A DNA stretch of 64,000 bases from Octopus sinensis (Eukaryota), in the NCBI RefSeq assembly GCF_006345805.1, contig NC_043009.1:10354001-10418000 (forward strand), in the 5' to 3' direction. The notes under the pieces were generated by a model, which had not been told where the DNA came from, ran no database searches, and worked only from the letters and a program-made list of their open reading frames with translations. How positions within the stretch are numbered: the stretch's first letter is position 1; every line of letters begins with the position of its first letter. Positions 37,051-51,232 of this stretch are shown here, piece by piece. The translations under genes and the position numbers were made by a program.

Positions 37051-38999
37051 TGCTTCTGTATTCCATTGTTTTTTTATATTCGTCCCTTTTGCTGTCCTGG
37101 TGTCCGTATGCATTCGATCCTTCTTCCAGGAAATCTACGCTCCCAGCTTAGTTTTTCTAATGCTCGTTGCTTAGTTTTTCTTGGAGGGCTGGCCGTGATC
37201 TAGTAATCTCAAGATTAATCAGCCGAATTACTACGATGATCCGGTTCTGACTGAAGAGGGTGAGGGTTTCGAATGTCTTGTCCGTGTTTATTGTATCGTC
37301 TTCTAAGAGTTATACGTTCTTGTCCATGTTGTAATTTTCTACATACCTTAACATATATCCAGGCGCCACGTACCCTCTTAACATTAATGTCAGCACATAT
37401 CTTAATAACTGGTACGACTCTTTGTTTGTCTCTCTCTCCTCTCACTTTTACTTGATCTGTCCCCTTCTCTCTCTACTCATCCTCTTTTTCTTCCTTTCCT
37501 CTGATTCTTTGGTCTAATCTTCCACTACCCTCCTATTTTTTGTCTCGCTCTGCACTCACAGGTCGCTCTTCGACACCAATCCCTTCTCCTCTCTGATTCC
37601 TTCTTTCTCTCTCTTCTCGCTCTTTGTCGCGTTTGTCCCTCTCTCTCTCTCCTCTCTCTCTCTCTCTTCCGTTGCTTCTCTTTTCTTTCTTCTCTCTCTT
37701 CTCTGTCACGTGACTGCTGGCCGAAATCTGCCTTTCAGCTTCTGACCAGCGTCGTGTTAACATCGTTGTTTTTCGTCCGCCGCTATAGGCATCGCCGATA
37801 AGGCTCCTTTCCTTGCGCCAGAGAAAAATTTGTTTGCTTGTTATCAGTCGTAAGACACTTGTTGTTGTTTTCACCGTTAATGCTTCTGTATTCCATTGTT
37901 TTTTTATATTCGTCCCTTTTGCTGTCCTGGTGTCCGTATGCATTCGATCCTTCTTCCAGGAAATCTACGCTCCCAGCTTAGTTTTTCTAATGCTCGTTGC
38001 TTAGTTTTTCTTGGAGGGCTGGCCGTGATCTAGTAATCTCAAGATTAATCAGCCGAAATTACTACGATGATCCGGTTCTTGACTGAAGACTGAGGGTTTC
38101 GAATGTTGTCCGTGTTTATGTATCGTCTTCTAAGAGTTATACGTTCTTGTCCATGTTGTAATTTTCTACATACCTTAACATATATTCCAGGCGCCACGTA
38201 CCTCTTAACATTAATGTCAGCACATATTCTTAGTAACTGGTATGACTCTCTGTTTTGTCTCTTCTCTCTCTCACTTTTACTTGATCTGTCCCTTCTCTCT
38301 CTACTCATCCTCTTTTTCTCTTCTCTTTCCTCTGATTCTTTGGTCTAATCTCCACTACCCTCCTATTTCTTTGTCTCGCTCTGCCACAGGTCGCTCTCGA
38401 CACCAATCCCTTCTCCTCTCTGATTCCTTCTTTCTCTCTCTCTCGCTCTTTGTCGCGTTTGTCCCTCCTCTCTCTCTCCTCTCTCTCTCTCTCTCCGTTG
38501 CTTCTCTTTCTTTTCTTCTCTCTCTTCTCTGTCACGTGACTGCTGGCCGAAATCTGCCTTTCAGCTTCTGACCAGCGTCGTGTTAACATCGTTGTTTTTC
38601 GTCCGCCGCTATAGGCATCGCCGATAAGGCTCCTTTCCTTGCGCCAGAGAAAAAATTTGTTGCTTGTTATCAGTCGTAAGACACTTGTTGTTGTTTTCAC
38701 CGTTAATGCTCTGTATTCCATTGTTTTTTTATATTCGTCCCTTTTGCTGTCCTGGTGTCCGTATGCATTCGATCCTTCTTCCAGGAAATCTACGCTCCCA
38801 GCTTAGTTTTTCTAATGCTCGTTGCTTAGTTTTTCTGGAGGGCTGGCCGTGATCTAGTAATCTCAAGATTAATCAGCCGAAATTAATACGATGATCCGGT
38901 TCTTGACTGAAGACTGAGGGTTTCGAATGTCTTGTCCGTGTTATTGTATCGTCTTCTAAGAGGTTATACGTTCTTGTCCATGTTGTAATTTTTACATAC
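37051..38999. mobile_element. Tandem element X-Y-X-Y-X, period ~826-830 bp
   Basis: ~290-bp block X at 37051-37343, 37881-38170 and 38707-38996 (TG...CA ends), alternating with a ~535-bp block Y. Confidence 0.85.
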
Positions 39000-39266
39000 T
39001 TTAATATATATATATACATTATATATATATATATACATAGATATACATATATATATATAATATATATATATATACATTATATATATATATATAACATATA
39101 TATATATACATATATACATATATATATATACATATATATACATATATATACATATTATACATATATATACATATATATATATAACATATCATATATACAT
39201 ATATATATATATACATATATATATACATATATAAATACATATATATATATACATATATATATATAC

Positions 39267-39312
<46 letters not shown>

Positions 39313-39359
39313 CTATATATATATATAATATATTATTATATACATATACATATATATAG

Positions 39360-39390
<31 letters not shown>

Positions 39391-39420
39391 ATATATATAT
39401 ATATATATGCATACATATAT
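39000..39420. repeat. (TA)n-rich microsatellite
   Basis: Direct reading. Confidence 0.92.
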
Positions 39421-39429
39421 ATGTATGTG

Positions 39430-39622
39430 TGTGTGTCCGTATACCCCCCCCCCCCAATATCATTGACAACCGAGCTTTAGCAGTTCGGCAAAAGAGACCG
39501 ATAGAATAAGTACTAGACTTACAAAGAATAAGTTCTGGGGTCAATTTGCTCGACTAAAAAGGCAGTGCTCCAGCATGGTCCCGGTCAAGTGACTGAAAAA
39601 AGTAAAAGTATAAAAGAGTAAA
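39430..39622 (+). mobile_element. 3' half of SINE family B
   Basis: CATTGACAACCGA..GTTCGGCAAAAGAGACCGATAGAATAAGTACT..GACTGAAAAAAGTAAAAG. Confidence 0.8.
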
Positions 39623-39699
39623 AGATATATATATATATATATATATGAAAACATATCCGTGATAAGGGAATTGTATCAATATTAGTGCAATTGTAATAG

Positions 39700-39915
39700 C
39701 AGTCATATTCTGTTACTCGACCAGAAGAAAATTCTCACTGGGCCCCACCTGCAAGGTCAAGCGCTGTTTATCTTGATATGAAATTACCATGTCGCTCACA
39801 TATGGTCGTTATGCATGTGCCTAGTGTACCCTTATCAGATGGGTAGTCATGATGGGTATACTGGGCTTCGTATATTTTACCCCAGTGTCACTTTGATGGC
39901 ATGCACTGCTCGCTC

Positions 39916-39950
<35 letters not shown>
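39700..39950 (+). mobile_element. Probable retroposon 3' tail ending in (AAT)n
   Basis: GC-richer block ending GGCATGCACTGCTCGCTC-(AAT)n. No ORF. Class inferred from the tail only. Confidence 0.4.
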
Positions 39951-39954
<4 letters not shown>

Positions 39955-42900
39955 GTTGTGGCCTTATACGTTTACGAGAAATTACTACTATAAGAAAAAA
40001 ATTAGTATGAATTAGGAATTAAGGAGTCACACAAACTAATGGAGAGAAACCAACATAGAGTTGATATTGATATGATTGACAGAGTTAACAGAAATAGCAC
40101 GGCCATATCGTCGAATAAGCGTTCTGTTGTCATCGATCGAATTGACTTTATTGTCAATGATAGAATTAACTAAAACAGAGCTGTGATATTATCATCCATT
40201 CCTGTATGAGGAATCGAACTCGGCAACAACTTGATACCAGCTTAGCTAGCAAGGTCCATTTTTTTTTTTTTTCAGCCTTTCTTTATGACACCTACTAATA
40301 GGGGACTGGACTAGTTGTTTTTTAAGAAGGTCAATGCAACAACAACAGTCGACAGTTGGTATCCAGTCTTTGTCGGAACACTGGGCTCGAACCGGTTAAT
40401 TTCCGTCTCGCTGGATTTGTAGAAATAAAATACCAGAGAAAATAGAGAAGCACGTCCGTGATTAAATGATTGAAGAACTATGAAGAAATATGATGTTGCG
40501 ATGTTCATGACTCTCCGAAAGTTGTCGAAGACATTTACGAAGAAGTAGGTAAGACGAGTTTAACAAGATATTCGTGGATCAGTCGGAGATTCAACGACAG
40601 CAAAATTTCCTGCTGTCAAACTGAGCTCAACTAAAATTGAAATAGTTTAATTAGTTTCGGGTCAAACGTCAACGTCTAAGGGGGATAACTCGGCGGAATG
40701 TCATATATACATATACATGTATACTAACAGAGATTATACGTGCATATTTGAATATACATACACACACACCCGCATAAAATTCACTAAAACTCACACGTTC
40801 GCATACAGCGCAGTAAAACACGCACACACATACACAAATACACACAGGCGTATGTATTTTTACGCATTCATTAAAAATATTAATTTATGTTAAATTATGT
40901 GGCATTGTGATTATATATAAATAGCTTTATGAGGGCGCTATCGGCAGAATCTTTTGTGTGTTAAGAGAAACTGTCGTGCCTTATCTACTTACCGTCTTTT
41001 ACGTCTCCGTATATGTTCCAAGTTCAAATCCCACTGGCGTCAATTTTGTCTTCCAATCTTCTGAGATCGATGAAATTATGAACTAGTCATGAACTGGATT
41101 CAGTATAACCCATTACACCCTACCCCTGTCATGTGGAGTATTATAAGATCGTTTCTTTACATAAAACAGATGTTATAATACGCATCATCTTTTACTGCTG
41201 TGTGTCTTTGTTTTTTATTTTTAACTTCTATTAGTCTAATAACTGAATTAAATATGGTTTTAAGAGCTAATTTCTTTTGGCTAACTAGTAGTCCTGTATT
41301 TTAGGGAAGGGCACATTGGGAGGATTTTGTGGTCTTGTATTTCATGATATTTGCTGCAGGAAGATAGTATGAATTTAGCGAAGTATCAGTGTTCATCTTT
41401 AGTGTTGGCTCTTAGTAAATTTAACCTTTGAAATTCGGGGTCCACCAGAGATGAGTTTTGTAACGAATGTCAGTTACACAGTATGGCCATGAAATGGTTA
41501 TTTAATCAGCGAAGTTTTATATGCACGTAGGAAAAAGAAATGAAGATTGCATTGTTCGTAATCTTTCTCAGGAAAATAAACATTGTAAATAAACATATTC
41601 CAAGTGAGAATTGAAATAATATCACTGACTCTGTTCACCGTAAAGTCATCGACTCAACACTCATTATTAATTAAGTTCTCACTCACCTCAGAAACCAGAT
41701 AGAAACAAAATAAAATGAACGAAAATAAAACTAAACAAGTAAAGAGAAAAAGTTGATCAGTCTGACAAAAATTAATTGATTTCATTGATTTTATTCATAA
41801 TTTGAAAATCTTTTATACAATTTCGGAATATTTATAGTATTTTTGTAACCCCAGAAACCTCGAACATGAAAAGAAACAACAAACCAGACGAGAAAAATGA
41901 ATTTGTAAGATTTGTTCCCAATTCCACGATCTTAGAGAAAGTCTCATTAAGTCAGCATCTCGTCTTTAATTTGTTTATTTATTTAGATATTTATTTTCAT
42001 ATTTTATGCCATTTTGTTTTATTTATTATTGCTTACTTTTTTCTACTGCAAAACCCAAAGAGAAAAAAAAAAGGGGGAGGGTCGCGGTTGGAACATGCAC
42101 ACGCAGACACACGTTCGTATATAGACAAAGAAAAAAAATGAAGAAACTGCAGAGAGAACGGTGGTTAACAGACAATAAGGAAAGTAAACCGCAGAATACA
42201 AACAACAGCAACAACAAGAACAAAAAATAACCACAAAGAATAATGGGAGGTTAAAGAAAAAACGAAAGACCTTCGCTTCTTTGAAAGGTCGGTATTTCGT
42301 GGAAAGGACAAATCGTGTGGACTGGAACGTCGGTTTGAATAAACTGTCATTGATACCATGTAATTACAATATCGAAATAAATAAATAATAACATAAAGCT
42401 AACACAACGAAACAACACAAACATACAGACACACGTAAAAATACATCTAATATAACTTTGTAATATGAAAAGGAAAAAAAATTGGGGGGAAAAAAATGTA
42501 GAATAAAGAGAGCGACTCTAAACGAGAAACAAATTTTCCTGTATTTGTCAACCTTAAATAAAGAAACAAAATGGTGAACTTCCCTAATCTTCATTTTATT
42601 CTCTTTGTCTTTTTCTATGTTGTGGTTTATATTTTCCCTCCGTTTTGTTTGTTTCAGGTTCAAAGGCAAAAGTATTAAATAGAGGCGATGGATCAATCGC
42701 GAGCGTCGAGGACGATGATATGGCATTCCCCTGAATTACAATGTTTCCAGCCTCTCTTTTCTTATTCCTTACGTTCTTCTTTCTTCTTTCCTTTTGTCTT
42801 TTCCATTTTTTTCCTTTATTCTTTCCATATTTATCTTCCTCTTCATATCATTTTAACAATTAAGGGCGCCCAACGATTCAAAAAAAATCTTCCTTTATTG

Positions 42901-44515
42901 CCAATCTCTTTCATTTCGTTGTCTTCATCTTTTATTTGGTACATCCCTCAAATAATGCAGTACTAACTAGTAGGTCTCTTTACTTCTATTTCTCCTTACC
43001 CTCTCACTATCTTAGTCTCCTTGGTGCCTCGGACATCCACGTGTATTAGATATTGTACCTTTGGAGTGTCGAATTCTTTGCTTGCCTCAGCTTCCTCTCA
43101 ATGTCCGATTATACAGTAATAGGAAGCCAAGAACTTAGTAGCTATTTTGCCCCAAGCTAAATTCTATTATTATATTGATAACATCAGTTTCTCCAACCGA
43201 ATCCGCTGGCTATAGAAAATAACTATAATTTTCATCTTGAGATTTCAATTGTAATTTGAACGCAGCTTCCTAGCCGATGAGTTTCAAATGACTTTAATAA
43301 CTGATAAAGTATATTATAACGGGGAAAAAATATAAGTGGAATTTCCCTGATTAGACTACTTTCAATAGTCATATTCAGAATGGAAGAAAAAAGGAGGAAA
43401 TATAGAAATATATTAAGATTCTCACTAAATTTCCAGCAATAAAAGTTACAGGCACCTACATGTATGCACATACATTCACGTATTACAAAAACGTGCACAC
43501 ACACATGCGCGCGCGCCCACAAACACACACACATCTTATAAATAAACAGACATATTGAAGGAAAATTAATTTCAAGACAGCCATTTTGTACAAGTTTTAT
43601 CTCGCTCAATTTTAAGAACTGAACTTCCCGGCGCCATTTTAGTTTGTTATTCATTTCCACTTATAAAATCAATGCACGATTTTTTTCTTTTCAATGAATT
43701 GAAGATTTGAAACTTATTCTTCAGAACCTTGTATTACATTAAAACAACAACAACGACAACAACAGCAACATCAATAATATCGACAAAAGCAACAACGAAA
43801 TCATCTAAAAAATGTGAGACAAACAAAACGGCCATTTTCATATAGATATATATCTTGGCAGCTTTATTCATACATAAGTATTGTTCTAAAATTAGACAGT
43901 TCATACATTAGAAAACAAATTTGCCGCAACCTGACAAAAAGATGTTTTAATAAGCTGCAAATCTAAAAAGTTTCCAAGCAAAAATATAAATTTATACATT
44001 TATTTCATGTCATATGATAATGATAAAATAATTTTAAATATTGGACGGATATATATGAGCTAACAAATTTATTAATACACAAATAGTTATACATATATAC
44101 ATACTAGTTAAACACCAATATAGAAAATAGTCTAATAACAGTAAAACATGTATTTCAAAGGGTCTCAGCAGCTTATAAGTAAGCTGAAATGGTTTTAAGT
44201 GTGATCGAAATTAACGGAGAAAATCGGCCCGTTGGAAGAAACCCTGCATTTTCAGCACTCCTACGAAACGTTAATATTGTCTAAACGTGCGGGCAGTGTG
44301 CTGTGTTGTTGAATAAAACACTTCTTTCGCGTGGTTTCAATCTAATCAGCTGTAAAAATGACTTCTAGTAATAGCTGGGGAAATTAATTCTGCAACGGAG
44401 CGGCGTCTCATTCAAGGGAGTGTGTTGCAATCTCAGTCACTTATACCCCATGGAAACCACATTATGCTCTGGCCTTATGAAGCTTAGGGCTCACGACATC
44501 TTAGTCAAAATTTAA

Positions 44516-44720
44516 CCCTTTAGTATTCAGGTTTCTCTGTTAAATATAATGCTTATTTATTCACATTATTTTGAATAGACCATGCATTATCATGTAGCTT
44601 TGAGATATCAACGATGTGATTGCATACTTTTAGAATGACGTTGTAGGGTAGGTGTGAGAGGCCAAATCTGACAGGTTTGAACATAAAACATATAGAATAT
44701 TTGGGCCGGATGCTACAGAG
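44516..44720. mobile_element. piggyBac-type MITE with TTAA TSD
   Basis: TTAA|CCCTTTAG ... CTACAGAG|TTAA: degenerate TIRs, TTAA on both sides. Confidence 0.65.
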
Positions 44721-44879
44721 TTAAGCCTTAGGATATAACCTATTTATCCTAGAATTGAATATTATTTATGTGACGCGAAGAGGGGTGATAAATTCTAACG
44801 CTTCGCCTTTCCTCAAGATATGGAACCTAACTTTTAACTTCCGAGGCTCAGAAATAAAGTAGCGTTGGACCGGCGGAAG

Positions 44880-45090
44880 TGAAGATGTCGTGGTTAGAGT
44901 GCTGCATCGTGATCTTGCAGTCGTGGTTTCAATTCTTGGATCGAGTGACGCTTTGTGTTCTTAAGCAAAACACTTCCTTTCATGCCGCTCCAGTCCAGTC
45001 AGCTGCGACGGACTGGCGTCCCGTTCTCGGGTAATATTATGGTCTCGGCCACTTAATCGCCATGGAAACCGGGTAACTGACCATGTGTCC
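44880..45090 (+). mobile_element. Diverged SINE family D
   Basis: GTGGTTAGAGTG..GGTTTCAATTC..GTGTTCTTAAGCAAAACACTT..GCGACGGACTGGCGTCCCG..GGAAACCGGG. Confidence 0.7.
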
Positions 45091-46194
45091 TAGGAACAGG
45101 CGGAAACGCTAAAGTGTCGGGCGATGCATTTGCAATATTTGCCCCCAGCTCTTTGCGTAGTGGCCTACATGAGTAGACGACTTAATCCGTCACTCTGTTT
45201 AACTATACCACTGCCTGACTTTTAGCTGTCTCTGGCAGATTCCAGAAAATGTGGAAAAGATCTTCGTCCGTGAGCATCTCGTCTCGATGTGTATCTAGCT
45301 TTAGGTTTTCTAGCATGATTTCCTTTTCTTTTCAGGAAATCGGGTGTGATCTGAGAGTAATCTGGCTGTTGTTTCTAGCAAATTGCCCGCCCATGTAGAG
45401 AAACCGTCTGACACATGTCATATTTTAACCTTAGTACAACTTTGTTAAAAAAAAAAAAGGCGTTTGATCAAAGGCTTTTACGGCTGTGACGACCTGACCT
45501 TGTATTAAAAAGACACCGTATATAGGATTACATTATCCGGTGTAACTTCTCTCTCCAAGACGCTAGCAAATGATTTGAGAGCTATTTGGCTGCTATTTCT
45601 AGCAAATCGAGTGACTTCGTAAACGTTCCCTTATTAGATCTATTGCATATTTATTTCAGATATAGAAATTGCTGACAGGAGTAAATTAGCTGATTACAAT
45701 GAGACTCCTTTTTGTATGAATAATCTAAGTCTTTTGGCTACAGGAAATAAGGTCGGATAATTGTCGAGCTGATGACGGCTTTTGAGACAGAAACACGCAT
45801 CCATGACTGTTCTCTTATCTCCACACAATAAACCTGTTCTTTCCATTAATGGCATGTTAGCTTCTGGGAATTTCTTGAATCTTGAGAAGATCTACTCTTC
45901 TCAAGTGGAACTGGTTTTAATTGCTATTTAGTAATTATGATACATTCTCTAGATGTGTTGTACGGTATTTGATACACCTGTATTTCCCTATGAAATAACT
46001 ACTTCCTTAAGAAGAGAAGGGACACCGAAGCGGATTACAAACAGCCGGTGACCCCTATATTGATGTGTTTACACGAGTATAAAGTGTAGCAGTCTGTAGT
46101 CGATTCTGACTCAAGACTTGCGTTGCAGTTTGCTTTTCCTCCTGAATAAAAAAACAAAATCCACTCCAACGGGAAACGAATTGAGGACATAAGG

Positions 46195-46625
46195 GAGGAG
46201 GGTAAGTCAATTACATCGACCCAAGTGCTCAGCAGGTTCGTTTTTTATTAAGGCGGCGAGCTGGCAGAAGCGTTAGCACACCGGGCGAAATGCTTTGCGG
46301 TACTTCGTCTGCCGTTACATTGTGAGTTCAAATTCCGCCGAGGTCGACTTTGCCTTTCATCCTTTCGGGGTCGATAAATTAAGTACCAGTTACGCACTGG
46401 GGGGTCAATGTAATCGACATAATACCTATGTCTGTCCTTGTTTGTCCCCTCTATGTTTAGCCCATTGTGGGTAATAAAGAAATAGGTTCGTATTTTATCG
46501 ACCTCGAAAGAATGAAAAGTAAAGTCGATATCGTCAACATTTGAACTCAGAAAGTAATGTGTTGAAAGAAATGATACAAATCACTTTCCCCGAGGGGCTA
46601 ACGATTCCGTCAGCTCGCAGCCTTC
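46195..46625 (-). mobile_element. Older SINE A (-) interrupted by a younger SINE A (+) at 46252-46487
   Basis: The host copy is split at about 46245/46490 by a full opposite-strand copy. Confidence 0.8.
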
Positions 46626-46653
46626 TGCTTCATAAATATTAGTTTCAAATTTT

Positions 46654-46850
46654 GGCACAAGGCCAGCAGTTTCAGGGTTGGGCTAAGTCGATTACATCGG
46701 CCCCACTGCCCAGCTGGTTCTTAATTTATCGACCCAGAAAGGATGAAAGGCAAAGTCGACTCCGGCGGAATTTGAACTCAGGGTGTAAAGACGGGCAAAT
46801 GCTGCTAAGCATTTTGCCCGGCGTGCTCACGAGCCTCCAGTTCGCCGCAT
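46654..46850 (-). mobile_element. SINE family A (short-tail form)
   Basis: GGCACAAGGCC..GTCGATTACATCG..GGCAAAGTCGACTCCGGCGGAATTTGAACTCAG. Confidence 0.82.
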
Positions 46851-47119
46851 TCTGCTTTTCAAGTTCTGAGAAACGGTAAAGCAAAGAGAAATCAAACTCA
46901 AACTCAAATCCAAACGAAGGAATCAACAAACCAATATGCATGAATGACTTCAAAGTTTACTTCGAAAGTAAAAAGGATCTGACTTGTAACATCGACTCTG
47001 CTAGAACATCCAGCATGAATTTAGATTAGACTTCGTATTGACAAATGTACCCCAGTTACTACAATATAACACGAAAAATAGGGGTGAGATCTGAGCGAAT
47101 ATATCCTTCATCCCTTATC

Positions 47120-47470
47120 GTTTACTTGTTCCAGTCATCAGACTACAGTCATGCTGGGGTACCGTCCGCAAGACTTTAGTCGAGAACATCGACTGCAATA
47201 CGTATTTTCAAGCCTCTGTGCCGGTCTGCTTGATAACGGAGACGGAAACAAATCAACGTTGATCGTTAATCGTTGGTGAGGAACGATCACAAATACGGTA
47301 TCACACATTTATATAGACCAGGCTTCCACACACTTTCCATTGACCAAATTCCCCCACAAGGTATCAGTCGGCCTGGAGCTGTAGTTGAAGACATTCGTCC
47401 AAGGTGCAGCGTAGTGGGACTGAAACCGAGACCGCAAAATTGCAAAAGAGATTCTTAACCACAGAGCTAT
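47120..47470 (-). mobile_element. Diverged SINE family B
   Basis: TACTTGTTCCAGTCATCAGACTACAGTCATGCTGGGG..CAAGGTGCAGCGTAGTGGGACTGAAACC. Confidence 0.65.
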
Positions 47471-47549
47471 ACCTTTGGCTACACATACAGACACGCGCGC
47501 GCACGCGTACATGTATTTAAAGTGAGAAAAAGAGAGATAGATAGATTAG

Positions 47550-47571
47550 CAGGTACATGTATGTATATATA

Positions 47572-47619
<48 letters not shown>

Positions 47620-47764
47620 GCATATATATATATAAACATATATATATGTATATATATGTATGTATATATATATATATGTATGTATGTATATATATATATA
47701 TATAAACATATATATATGTATATATATGTATTTTTATATATATGTATATATATGTATGTATGTA

Positions 47765-47848
<84 letters not shown>

Positions 47849-47880
47849 CATACACATACATACATACATACATATGTGTA
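47550..47880. repeat. (TA)n/(TATG)n microsatellite
   Basis: Direct reading. Confidence 0.92.
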
Positions 47881-48445
47881 GGTGAATGTACGTAAGTATG
47901 TGCAAGTATACATATATTTGCATAAACGCTCACTTAGGCACAGACATAAACCCACACAGAAATACACACAGAGACACACGTCTTCATATATACACACACG
48001 GCCACACACACACACACACACACACACACAGGGTTAACACTGTGTTATAGCACATAACTCACCTATCATACTAAAGAATGCCAGGACATGTCTTATGAAA
48101 AAAAAATACTAATCTTAGAATCTGGGCAAATTACTTGAAGACTTCCATGCCAGTTGTAACTATACGCCAAGAGTTATATCAGCTAAACTACAGATCATCT
48201 AAATATCTCACTAGGTGGCCTCAATTACCATAAATGCTGATGGACATTAAAGCGAATATCATGGTTTAAATTAGGATTTTAAAATCGAAATTCGATTCTG
48301 ACAAGTAATGAGATATTTATTTTGACATTCATGCATAGCTAAAACGTTCGTCTCATACCTACTTTATTCTCTGAGTTCTTCTTGAAATCTTACTGCATGT
48401 ACGTGTATGTCTGAGGATATGTGTGTGTGTGTATATATATACATA

Positions 48446-48519
<74 letters not shown>

Positions 48520-48593
48520 TTGTGAGTGTGTGCGTGTACATATGCATATATATATGTTTACATCATATATATATATATAGTTACACATACATA

Positions 48594-48662
<69 letters not shown>

Positions 48663-48773
48663 CTCAATCTGTCTATCAATCTATATATGAATATATATAT
48701 GTGTACATACATATGTACACGTCTGGGTGTAAAAACCTCAAAGCATCCATATATACATATGCATGCATACGCA

Positions 48774-48830
<57 letters not shown>

Positions 48831-49446
48831 TTCATATATATTCTATATATATACACGCATATATATATGCTTTTAATAGTTTTTTTCTACTTTTTATTTT
48901 TATTTCCATTTATCTTTTCTGGTATTTCTTTCATATTCCACGTTGATGGTTTAATTTGCAAATCGTACCAATTTTCTATTTAACTTTCTAAGCAAATACC
49001 CGCAAAAGACCAAGGTTTATTATATAACTGAAGGATTTGCTCCAAGCACTTTCAATACATACAATTACGGCAAGTGACAAAAGATATGAAATGATATTAT
49101 GTCTAGCAATCAAAATGGTGGAAAGATGAATCAAGATGGCGTTCGCATGAATCAAAATGTTTAGGACCCCACAGTGAGAAAAAAATTGCTTTTTTTTTCT
49201 CTTTCGGAAAAATAATGATCCAATACAGAAGAAATATATATATTTTGCTTCAATCGAAAAGGTAAGGCCTCGAAGCTAAGTAGGGCTCTTTCTTCCGTTT
49301 CCGTAGAATAATCCGTTTTGGAAAATAACTCTACATGTCTATGTAAGAACTATTATTAGCGGAGAATAACGACGTTCCATTACACGAAGAAAATATTAAT
49401 AAATTTAATAGCTCTCCATCTATCTATCTATCTATCTATCTATCTA

Positions 49447-49494
<48 letters not shown>

Positions 49495-49818
49495 AACGGT
49501 TCTTCTATCTTACACACACACACATACACACACACACACGCACGCACTCACACTAAATAAAACACGCACACTTTCTCTCTCTTTGTCTCTTTCTTTCTCC
49601 CTCCGTGTTTCTTTTTTGCATATATACCCAATAGTATATATCTTTATATTATTGGGTATATGCAGAATAGTTCTTTTCACCAAGTTATATTAGACCCAGC
49701 GGTATTCTCAATATGTATTTATGAATACGTGTATGTTATTATATGTGTGTGTTTGTGTGTGTATATATAAACGTATGTATGTTTCTACGTATATACATAT
49801 ATATATAAATACACATAC

Positions 49819-49853
<35 letters not shown>

Positions 49854-51232
49854 CACACATATATATGCATTCATGTCCCTCTCTTTGTCTCTGTATATAT
49901 ATATATATTATGAAGGAGAGCGTCTAGCATGAAATCAGTAAATGAAAGTATAAATCAATGTATGCAAGTACAAATAAACCCCTTCAGAATACCCCTTGTG
50001 TACACATTATAGTCATGTATAAAGATACTCTCAGGGATTCTATTCCCACAAAACCCTCTTGATTTTTCTCTTATCTCTCTCAATATAGCGACCAAGCTAG
50101 CTAGCCCCTGTGCTTACCAGTCACCTCAGCGCATACCTAATGTCCCTTACTATGGAAGCATGTGACAGTGTATATTCTCCTTGCAGGAAAACTCAGAAGA
50201 GATTCTGTGAGTGATCTTTTCAGACCATTTAACTGGTCCTTATGTATTACCGTTCTGATTCACAACTTAAAGAAACTTTGAAATGAAATTCCTTGCAAGT
50301 CTTCGTTCATATTTAGTAGAAGAAACATTTGCTTCAGTTGTATATCTTTAGATTCCACCAACGTCTCTTATCTTAGACCGAATATTTCCTCCGGGACCAT
50401 TTCATGTTCCATCAAATTTTCATGACACATAGGCTGTCTTCCCCATATTTTCTCATCTTATATAGCAATGTTTAGCTTACTGTTACCTGCAACGATTCAT
50501 ACAAGAGCATATAAAATGAAGCTACCTTCACTCCATCTACAGTGGTTGTCACTATCGGTCAAAGTGCCGGCCATACATCTGTATATGTATGTATACAGCC
50601 TGGCAAGATTTTTTTTTGAGGAAGACTGGCAGTTGTCCATACATGAAAGTCTTACCTGTCCACGCTGTCGAAGTTTATCCTAGAGAAAAGCATCTTACTT
50701 GATTTGAAACAACTTGGTACTAGCGTCGTATCAGACATTGCTGACATAGAAAAAAAAAAAAAAAAACAGAACGGGGACCAAAAGTCATCTTGATCGACTT
50801 TCAACCAGTTCCTCTAAACCCACCACCCTGTATTGGTACTCAACCACAACAACTCAGATATTTTCAAGCCAAACATATGCTACTTTCGTGAAAGCAAACG
50901 ACAAAACATCCCCTGACGCAAACGTATGATATCGATCAGTAGTTAGAGAATATATGCTTACCACTTATCAACAAAGCATAGTTACAAACTTCCTCTACTA
51001 ATTAAAATGCCTGAACTGAAATCTTTGCAAACTTTTACAGATGCTAAACTTATCACTTCTCATTGTTACTTATTAGGATTGAGATGTATTCAACGAGGCT
51101 CATACTTGCTTCTTTAGAGTCGGAAATATACATCAGTCTACATACACTGTCAAAGCTGTGCAAAATTTTTGGATTGAAAATATCTGGAAAGTGCTCTTAA
51201 ATGAGGGTGCAGTCATTATAAATACATATATA

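Noticed and set aside
40060-40700. CpG-richer unique block with splice-like sites on both strands
   Set aside because: No exon reading stays open between plausible sites. It may be UTR or regulatory, but I cannot support a call.
50656-50679. 24-nt microexon on the minus strand with strong splice sites (also a 20-nt one at about 50185 on plus)
   Set aside because: No supporting exons, the surrounding DNA may be ancient LINE debris, and such site pairs occur by chance in 64 kb.
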